A stretch of 7,214 nucleotides of DNA from Octopus sinensis (Eukaryota), in contig NW_021828931.1 of the NCBI RefSeq assembly GCF_006345805.1, forward strand, positions 1 through 7,214, read 5' to 3'. The notes beneath the pieces were generated by a model. That model was not told the DNA's origin. It searched no databases and was given only the letters and a program-made list of their open reading frames with translations. Numbering within the stretch: position 1 is the first letter of the stretch; each line of letters starts with the position of its first letter. Shown here piece by piece: positions 1 through 5,967 of the stretch. The position numbers and the translations under genes were made by a program.

Positions 1-350
1 CCACCAGCATCGGTAAACCTCGTAACTGCCTCGTTGGTTATAGGTGAGGCGGCAAAGAAGTCCGCCGGTTCGTTCATTTGTCTGTGTTCCAACGGGGTGG
101 TAGAGACACTTTTGAACTGGTCATTCAGTACCTCACTGATCATGGTTGGGCTATGTGTGAGGGAGCCATCCTTTAGGAAGAAGGATCCTATCTTGCAGCA
201 TAATGAGGCTGTTCCTTTCGCATAATGAGGGATGGTCATTTGGGATTGACTTAATGCTTTTTATAAGCCAGGCTTTGTCTGCACTTTTCATCACTTAGAA
301 TCGTTGCGGTCTTTTTTCAATCTCCATCAGTGTTGTTTATAGCAGGGACC
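1..350 (-). mobile_element. Decayed non-LTR retrotransposon (CR1/L2-like LINE) ORF2 fragment, linker between endonuclease and RT; continues beyond the window start
   Basis: The minus frame from 224 to 3 reads YAKGTASLCCKIGSFFLKDGSLTHSPTMISEVLNDQFKSVSTTPLEH... After a frameshift it is preceded by LMEIEKR...IKSIKSIPN. This fits the CR1-type IKxNPKxFxxYAK...IGPL..dG.L......aEiLN.qF.SVFT motif, with stops and a frameshift. Confidence 0.65.
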
Positions 351-386
351 TTTCGCTACTTTGGGAATACACATGCATAGATACAG

Positions 387-410
387 ACACACACACACAC
401 ACACACACAC
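387..410. repeat. (AC)12 microsatellite
   Basis: Perfect AC run between the LINE fragment and the MITE. Confidence 0.95.
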
Positions 411-631
411 GAGATTGTGCTAAAAGGTTCCAGGGATTCAGTAAAAGAAAATCAAGGAGGATCAGTTAATTATGATTTTATTCAACACATTCCCCTCTCA
501 GATTCCCACACTTATTGCAGCGGTCCTACAGCTTTTCTAAGTTCTGTAAAAGAACACGAAAGGTTGGGCCCTCGAGCAAGCTTTCACGATACCCTTAAAA
601 ACAGGATTGTTTCAGCACCCGCCACCTCATA
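409..631 (-). mobile_element. Non-autonomous mariner-derived MITE (~220 bp)
   Basis: The minus strand at 540-478 encodes LEKL*DRCNKCGNLRGECVE*, the mariner transposase C-terminus (KLxxRWxKCixxxGxYvE*). Degenerate terminal inverted repeats: acgagattGTGCTaAAAggttCCagg (409-434) versus the reverse complement of 602-631, tatgaggtggcggGTGCTgAAAcaatCCtg. TA at the right end (630-631). Confidence 0.72.
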
Positions 632-739
632 AATATATATATGCATATATAAATATATGTACGTATGCAATGGTTTTTATGTGTATATGTACAAACATGC
701 ACACACACACACACACACACACCACACACACCACACACA

Positions 740-770
<31 letters not shown>

Positions 771-796
771 CACAGATATAATTACGTATTTATATA
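632..796. repeat. Compound TA / CA microsatellite (CA core ~699-774 with CCA interruptions)
   Basis: Directly visible. Confidence 0.92.
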
Positions 797-1190
797 TTCT
801 TTTATTCCTTTACTTGTTTCAGTTATTTGACTGTGGCCATGCTGGAGCACCACCTTTAGTCGAACAAATCAACGCTAAGACTTATTCTTTGTAAGCCTAG
901 TATTCATTCTATCGGTCACTTTTGCCGAACCTCCAACTTACGGAGAGGTAAACACACCAACATCGGTTGTCAAGCAATCGTGGGGTACAAACACAGACAC
1001 ATTTATATATAAATATATGCATACATATTTACGACGGGTTTCTTTCAGTTTCCGTCTACCAAATCCACTCACGAGGATTATGTCGGCCCGAGGCTAAAGT
1101 AGAAGATACTTGCCGAAGGTGTCACGCAGCGGGACCGAACCTGGAACCTTGTGATTGGAAAGCAATCTACTTACCAATCCTTCGCCTATA
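797..1190 (-). mobile_element. Near full-length tRNA-derived SINE (octopus-type)
   Basis: The minus strand begins tataggcgaagga-ttggtaagtag (partly deleted A box) and has a B box GGTTCGGTCCC at 1131-1141. A central region is followed by an internal TA/TG microsatellite, a 3' half ending ...gtgctccagcatggccacagtcaaataactgaaacaa, and an A-rich tail (gtaaaggaataaaagaa). Homologous 3' halves occur twice more in this window. Confidence 0.85.
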
Positions 1191-1202
1191 ACATGTGTGC
1201 GT

Positions 1203-1302
1203 GTATGTATGTATGTATGTATGTATGTATGTATGTATGTATGTATGTATGTATGTATGTATGTTGTGTGTGTATGTATGTATGTATGTATGTGTGTGTG
1301 TG
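1203..1302. repeat. (GTAT)15 plus (GTAT)5 / GT microsatellite between the two divergent SINEs
   Basis: Perfect GTAT run at 1203-1262 and a second run at 1272-1291. Confidence 0.95.
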
Positions 1303-1515
1303 TTTGTGTTTTGTCCCGCAACACCTCTTGGCAACCGGTGGTGGTAGGTTTCCGTCCTGTAACCTAACGGTCCGGCGAAAGAACCCGATAGAAGTTCCTG
1401 GCTTAAATAGAAAAATAAGTACCGAGGTCGATTCACTCGATTAAAACAAAAAAATTTCAAGGCCGTGCTCCAGCCTGGCCGGAGATTAATGACTGTAACA
1501 CGTACAAGATAAAAC
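1293..1515 (+). mobile_element. SINE 3' half (5'-truncated, more diverged variant), opposite orientation to its neighbours
   Basis: tgtgtttgtgttttgtccc...ccgatagaa...aataagtaccgaggtcgattcactcgat...ggccgtgctccagcctggccg...aatgactgtaacacgtacaagataaaa is homologous to the reverse complement of 797-990. Confidence 0.75.
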
Positions 1516-1650
1516 ATGTTATTAGTAGATACAAAAGTGTCACCCCCTCAAACATACTTGAGGCTGATTCGAACCCGTAACGAAGACATTCAGTACATTT
1601 TATCATTAAGAAACTTACCCACGGAAAATTTTCTGCATGACAATGAATGC

Positions 1651-1713
1651 CCTCCTCTTGACCTTCGTCCGTGAGGTATATTCGAACCCTCATGGACGAT
1701 GGTCAACAGAAGG
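1651..1713. other. Long imperfect DNA/RNA hairpin with a B-box-like loop
   Basis: TTGACCTTCGTCCGTGAGG (1658-1676) versus CCTCATGGACGATGGTCAA (1688-1706): 17/19 Watson-Crick pairs around an 11 nt loop. The stem extends outward with mismatches to about 1651/1713. Confidence 0.8.
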
Positions 1714-1943
1714 TCGCCTAAATAAGCTGAATTTTTTCTATTTTGACGGGCCTTTGCAAATTTCTTCTTTTTCTTTTCTTTTCACTTCATGATGATAGGC
1801 GAAAGATTTTTATAAAAAAGAAAATGCAATTTTTAATTTATAAACTTTTTAACTCCCCCACCACTTCCACCTTTCCCCAGGGCCGGGTATTTTCAATTTC
1901 TTTTCTTTTTTTCTTCTCCTACCCACTTAAAAACGATGAGCCA

Positions 1944-2178
1944 TGTTTCATTCATTTGACTACGGCCATGCTGGAGTACCAAAATTAGTCGAACAAATCG
2001 ATCCAAGGACTTATTCTTTGTAGGTCTTGTACTTATTCTATCGGTCACTTTTGCCGAACCGCTACGTCTCGGGGATGTAAACACATAAGCAGCTGTTGGC
2101 AACCGATGTTGGGGGGACAAGCACAGACACACACGCACATACACACACACATGCACACACATACGCACACACACACAA
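1944..2178 (-). mobile_element. SINE 3' half (5'-truncated at the internal CA microsatellite)
   Basis: tgtttcattcatttgactacggccatgctggag...ttagtcgaacaaatc...gacttattctttgta...ttctatcggtcacttttgccgaacc...gtaaacaca aligns directly with 815-1000 (roughly 75-80% by eye). Confidence 0.85.
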
Positions 2179-2194
2179 ATGTATTACAGACAAG

Positions 2195-2702
2195 ATAGAT
2201 TTGTGACCTTTCGGCGGTACAGAAGTATTTGTTTCACTCCTATCATTGGCGATATAAGTACTCATGTGTACATATCTAATAGTGTATGTATATATTTTAT
2301 TAATTTGCCTGTACGGCTAATAATTCGCTTACCACTTGTGATGGTATTTTAATAATACCATCCCTATATTTATTTATAAATGATTTTACGCATTTCATTT
2401 GTTCGTGCGCTGCTTGGTCACTTCAAACGAACTTTCGCAGGCATGAGGGGGTAGGGGTTAGTAGTTATTTAGCTGGCGGAGTTTGGCTGAATGAGAAATC
2501 ACGCACCTAGGTGACGCTAAATTTCGAAACCGGTACCGAGTTGGCTAGCATTTACGTGTTTTGACCCATTTGAGGTAAGACATTATTATTGTTCACTGAT
2601 ATTTTTTCCCATCTTGTCTGTAATAGATTTGTGACCTTTCGGTGGTACAGAAGTATCTTTTGACTTCTATCATTGGCAATATAGGTACCCTTGTGTATAT
2701 AT
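2195..2702 (+). repeat. 80 bp dispersed direct repeat (2195-2275 and 2623-2702, ~88%), probably the 3' end of an interspersed repeat occupying ~2280-2700
   Basis: atagatttgtgacctttcgg(c/t)ggtacagaagtat...ctatcattggc(g/a)atata(a/g)gtac...tgtgta is present twice, 428 bp apart. I count 9 mismatches and 1 gap in 81 columns. Confidence 0.9.
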
Positions 2703-2715
2703 GTATATTTTATAT

Positions 2716-2747
<32 letters not shown>

Positions 2748-2757
2748 CTATAATATA

Positions 2758-2797
<40 letters not shown>

Positions 2798-2808
2798 TAT
2801 ATATAATA
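2695..2808. repeat. Imperfect (TA)n microsatellite
   Basis: Directly visible. Confidence 0.95.
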
Positions 2809-3403
2809 CAAATAAGAAATGGAGAACAACTTAGTTGGTTCATCAGATTTCGGATATTAGAATGTTGACTTATTTATTTATTTAACAAAAACGAGAACCT
2901 TAATAACATACAAATATGTATTATAATTCAATACATATAAGATATAAGATAAGAATACAATTATAAGAATCTTGATATAAATTATTGAAATCATTAAAAT
3001 CATTCTTACAGCTGTTTCAGCCTATGGAAAAAAGTAATCTTTCAGTGCCTATAGTTGTCAATTATATTAAGGTTGTAGGCATTTATATATATATATAAAG
3101 TTAATCCAAACAAGAAAACCAAAAACAACAACGCAAGGATGTGGAACAAATAAAATATTATTGGACGCTCAGGAAAGAAGGGAAGAAGGAGGGTTAGACG
3201 TTTCGAGCGGAGCTCTTCGTCGGAAATATAGGAGAAAGAAACATCCCGAGATGGGAAGGAGAGAGGAAAAAAAATTTCAGGTAGTCTACACGAGGTCACA
3301 TACTAAAAGGACGGAAGTGGTCAAAAGGAAGGAAAATTGTTTTTTAATTACAAAAGAGCGGGTCAGAGACTGAACGGTAAAAAAGGTGTGCGAGATGACA
3401 AGG

Positions 3404-3444
3404 GTGTGTGTGTGTGAGTGTGTGCGCGTGTGTATGTGTGTGTA
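3404..3444. repeat. Imperfect (GT)n microsatellite
   Basis: Directly visible. Confidence 0.9.
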
Positions 3445-3613
3445 TAGTAGACGAGGCTACTAGCAGCAGTGGCGGAATGTTGGATGATGGCTGGTAGCAA
3501 GCAGTAGGGAATTAAGGAGTGGGTGGGGGTACCCTAGCAAGTCAGAGGATGTCATACATTGTACTTTCTTTCATCTGTTAAAATGACTTATTATGAACAA
3601 GGTTGTTTATATC

Positions 3614-3739
3614 CTTCTTCTTCTTCTTCTTCTTCTTCTTCTTCTTCTTCTTCTTCTTCTTCTTCTTCTTCTTCTTCTTCTTCTTCTTCTTCTTCTTCTT
3701 CTTCTTCTTCTTCTTCTTCTTCCTCCTCCTCCTCCTCCT
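3614..3739. repeat. (CTT)36 followed by (CCT)6; reads (AGG)6(AAG)36 on the coding strand, 27 nt after the stop codon
   Basis: Perfect CTT run at 3614-3721 and CCT run at 3722-3739. Confidence 0.97.
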
Positions 3740-3766
3740 ACCCTCCCCTTCTTCTTCGTTGAATGC

Positions 3767-5671
3767 TTAGACTGACGGTGGCTTTGGGGCCGTGAGCCTA
3801 ATCTTGTCTTTACGATAAGAGAAAAACTTTTGGTAGCTCATTAAATCGCTGGCCACCACCAGAACTAACGGTATTATAATCACGGTTATCCCCAAGTAAC
3901 CAATGGCTGTTGCAGAGTAACGATTATCTACAGCACTTGATTTGGTTCTTTTGTATTTACTGAGACCTTTTTTGTCAACTGTCAGCTCTTTGGAAATATT
4001 CATGAGTCTTTCCTGCAAGGGTAAGATTACTGATTGGTCAATGCTGTCTCGCTTACCACCGTCCTGGTTGAAAAACGAACTTAAAAGTGCAGAATGTTGC
4101 CCGCAAGAAGAATAAACACATGACATCATTTGTTCGGTGGGCAACAAAGACAATGCATCACGGGAAGAGGAATAAGTTGTAGCGGGAGCAAAAGAAGAAA
4201 GATGAGATGAGGGTGATGAGAAAGATGATGTTGAGAAGAAACTTGGAAACGAGGATAAATTCACAAAATGCTGGGTTTCCGTTTGAGACGGTTCTTGGCT
4301 GGTGTTCGGTTCAAAATCTGTGGTCGTTATTTCTTTTGACGTTTCAATATTTAGAGTTTTCGAATTAGAGAACAGCATCGCCGAAGAATTGGTTGGAGAG
4401 GTTCCACTTGCGTTCAGTTTTGATTTATGATTCGAGAACGTCGATAAAAGCTGGAAACTTCCGGAATTTATTTTTGATGGAAGAAAATATGGCGAGGAAG
4501 TCAACAGAAATTCATCGGGAAAAGAAGTTGTTTGCATATTAGTACTGACAAAAGTGCGAGAAGTTTCTAAAACCGAGGACGGCAAAGAAGAGGTTAGAGA
4601 AGATAAATGGTCGTAAATGGTGCTGTCGCTGTTCTGGTTGGAAATCGTAGAAAGAGTACCAGTTGTGAAGGCGGTGTTGATGTTATTGTTGCCACCATGA
4701 TTTGGATGGTTTGGCGGATAACTTGAAGAAGTTTGATAATCATTGACCTTGCTAACGGAGGCAGATTGCTGATCCGTAGCAGAGACATTTTGAATGCTTG
4801 CGTTTAGAGAATGACTCACCGAACCGTGAACATTGGAGAACGTAGAATATTCTGATTGGTGAACGGAAGATGACGGGCTGAGTGAATTTAAGTTGGACAA
4901 TTTCACCATCTTTGTTACTGTGGTGGACATCATCGTCGCCATGGTTGTGGGTTCAGTGAGATTAACTTTAAGTTCGAAATCCGGGACAAGGATGACTTCT
5001 CCGTAATGGAACTGGTTCTCTGGTATGTAACCATTAAATTTAAACCAATATTCTACGGCAGCAGACTTATCCAATAACATCATCGATTCAAGCCACCAGC
5101 TTTGGTAAAGATGTACGTCGAATTCTACGTGGATAAGTTCCACTTCTTTCAAGACACCGATGTCCGGCATCGACCATGAGAACACGTCGACTTGGTTCCT
5201 CTGGAATAATTCGTCGCCCGCCGTAATATCCAAGTTCCACACACCTTTGGTACCGTTCAGCTCCAAGTAAATAGTACCATTGGTGCCAGCATCTGTAGAA
5301 TTTCCCGTAGTTATGGTTAATTGCCATTCTGTGATTGTAGTGTCAGAAACGGTATGATGGTTGTTAGTGCTGTTGAGGTTGGTGGTTGTGGTAGTAGTGT
5401 TGGTGGTGCTAGTTGTGTTGAAAGCGGTGGGGATATTGTTGTTGTTGATGGCGGGGAGGACAGAGGCGGTGGTCATTTTAGAGTTGTTGTTGGTGATGGT
5501 AGTGTTGGCTACGGAAGAAGTGGTGTTGGCGGTGTGGACGGTGCTGGTGGTGGCAGTGGGGATGATGGTCATATTAGAGTCAGCGCTGTTATTGGTATTT
5601 GCCGGGTTCGAATGACACACAAGAAACATCCAGAAAAATGGGAACAGAAACCATGTGACACCCACTGCCAT
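3767..5671 (-). CDS. Single-pass (type I) membrane glycoprotein with a PLAT/LH2 domain and mucin-like Ser/Thr stalk, 634 aa, CDS without introns
   Basis: 1905 nt open frame in DNA otherwise full of stops. The ATG is in strong Kozak context (aagATGg) and the stop is TAA at 3767-3769. The translation has a coherent order: hydrophobic N-terminus, PLAT motifs, S/T stalk, TM helix, short basic tail. About 19 N-X-S/T sequons by my manual count, all N-terminal to the TM. Confidence 0.9.
   Translation of the reverse strand: MAVGVTWFLFPFFWMFLVCHSNPANTNNSADSNMTIIPTATTSTVHTANTTSSVANTTITNNNSKMTTASVLPAINNNNIPTAFNTTSTTNTTTTTTNLNSTNNHHTVSDTTITEWQLTITTGNSTDAGTNGTIYLELNGTKGVWNLDITAGDELFQRNQVDVFSWSMPDIGVLKEVELIHVEFDVHLYQSWWLESMMLLDKSAAVEYWFKFNGYIPENQFHYGEVILVPDFELKVNLTEPTTMATMMSTTVTKMVKLSNLNSLSPSSSVHQSEYSTFSNVHGSVSHSLNASIQNVSATDQQSASVSKVNDYQTSSSYPPNHPNHGGNNNINTAFTTGTLSTISNQNSDSTIYDHLSSLTSSLPSSVLETSRTFVSTNMQTTSFPDEFLLTSSPYFLPSKINSGSFQLLSTFSNHKSKLNASGTSPTNSSAMLFSNSKTLNIETSKEITTTDFEPNTSQEPSQTETQHFVNLSSFPSFFSTSSFSSPSSHLSSFAPATTYSSSRDALSLLPTEQMMSCVYSSCGQHSALLSSFFNQDGGKRDSIDQSVILPLQERLMNISKELTVDKKGLSKYKRTKSSAVDNRYSATAIGYLGITVIIIPLVLVVASDLMSYQKFFSYRKDKIRLTAPKPPSV
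3842..4018 (-). other. Juxtamembrane helix/basic motif plus transmembrane helix (aa 552-610; TM ~aa 589-608, nt 3848-3907)
   Basis: LQERLMNISKELTVDKKGLSKYKRTKSSAVDNRYSATAIGYLGITVIIIPLVLVVASDL. The uncharged stretch AIGYLGITVIIIPLVLVVAS is followed by a basic cytoplasmic tail (positive-inside rule). Confidence 0.8.
4136..4960 (-). other. Ser/Thr-rich mucin-like stalk (aa ~238-512)
   Basis: About 275 aa dominated by S/T with P, N and F, containing no Cys and with several sequons. Typical of a disordered, O-glycosylated spacer. Confidence 0.8.
4982..5329 (-). other. PLAT/LH2 domain (aa ~115-230)
   Basis: Hallmark motifs in the correct order and spacing: WQLTITTG..DAGT.GTIYLELNG..G, LFQRNQVDVF, DIGVLKEVELIH, SWWLESMML.D, EYWFKFNGYI. 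These match the PLAT pattern Y.v.v.TG...AGT...V.i.l.G..G / FerG..d.F / lG.l..i.i.h / W.l..v.v / y.F.c..W. Confidence 0.88.
5330..5608 (-). other. N-terminal Thr/Asn-rich low-complexity (glycosylated) segment, aa 22-114
   Basis: Runs such as TTSTTNTTTTTTN and INNNNI are encoded by ACC/AAC-type triplet repeats (GGT/GTT on the + strand). Eight N-X-S/T sequons (N27, 33, 49, 56, 62, 85, 91, 100). Confidence 0.85.
5609..5671 (-). other. Predicted signal peptide (aa 1 to ~21, MAVGVTWFLFPFFWMFLVCHS)
   Basis: Hydrophobic/aromatic core ending in a small-residue site (VCHS|NP or CHSNPA|N), followed by polar, sequon-rich sequence. The exact cleavage site is not determined. Confidence 0.75.
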
Positions 5672-5725
5672 CTTCTTTCTCTTTTCTTTCTCTCTTTTCT
5701 TCTTTCTTTCTTGCTTCCTTCCTTC

Positions 5726-5785
<60 letters not shown>

Positions 5786-5786
5786 T
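5672..5786. repeat. Polypyrimidine/polypurine tract including (CTTT)15 (5727-5786), directly abutting the start codon
   Basis: 115 nt of C/T with a single G (5713), so the coding strand is essentially all purine up to the ATG. Confidence 0.97.
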
Positions 5787-5817
5787 GATCGCCTTTTTGT
5801 TATTTTCCCTCTACGTG

Positions 5818-5923
5818 CTATCTATCTCTCCGTTCGTCCGACTCTCTATCTCTCTCTCTCTATCTATCTATCTATCCGTTCAATTTGAGAGATGTATATA
5901 TTTATATGTGTATATTATATATG

Positions 5924-5967
<44 letters not shown>

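Noticed and set aside
1100-1190. tRNA gene
   Set aside because: The B box belongs to the SINE head, the A box is partly deleted, and no complete cloverleaf forms.
607-1517. ORFs of 60-116 aa such as MYVCMYVC..., HTHTHT... and those overlapping the SINEs
   Set aside because: They are translations of microsatellites and SINE sequence, with non-ATG starts and no domain signal.
2182-2702. CRISPR-like or regularly spaced array
   Set aside because: There are only two copies of the repeat, in a eukaryotic context with no cas genes.
3042-3299. Hydrophobic 85 aa minus-strand ORF that could look like a small membrane protein
   Set aside because: The hydrophobicity comes from T-rich low-complexity DNA. 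It has a non-ATG start and no recognisable motif, and is probably 3' UTR or intergenic.
2870-3350. Polyadenylation signals for the minus-strand gene (ATTAAA near 3343-3348, AATAAA near 2873-2882)
   Set aside because: Such hexamers are expected by chance in DNA this AT-rich, and the true site cannot be chosen without 3'-end data.
3505-3532. G-quadruplex candidates (also 6105-6130 on the minus strand)
   Set aside because: Each has only three G-tracts of three or more, so neither is a canonical G4.
3559-3775. Poly-Ser and poly-Leu ORFs on the + strand
   Set aside because: These are simply the (CTT)36 repeat read in stop-free frames.
3767-3778. C-terminal ...PPSV as a PDZ-binding motif
   Set aside because: Class I needs S/T at position -2, but that residue is Pro, so the match is not convincing.
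3767-5671. Calling the gene PKD1-like, a lipoxygenase, a lipase or LOXHD1, or invoking bacterial horizontal transfer
   Set aside because: It has only one PLAT and one TM, with no REJ/GPS, catalytic or repeated PLAT domains. Signal peptide, sequons, mucin stalk and Kozak context are ordinary animal features, and lack of introns alone does not indicate HGT.
5321-5788. Antisense ORFs (155 aa, 84 aa) rich in V/G/L
   Set aside because: They are shadows of the Thr/Asn codon repeats of the real minus-strand gene plus the CTTT repeat.
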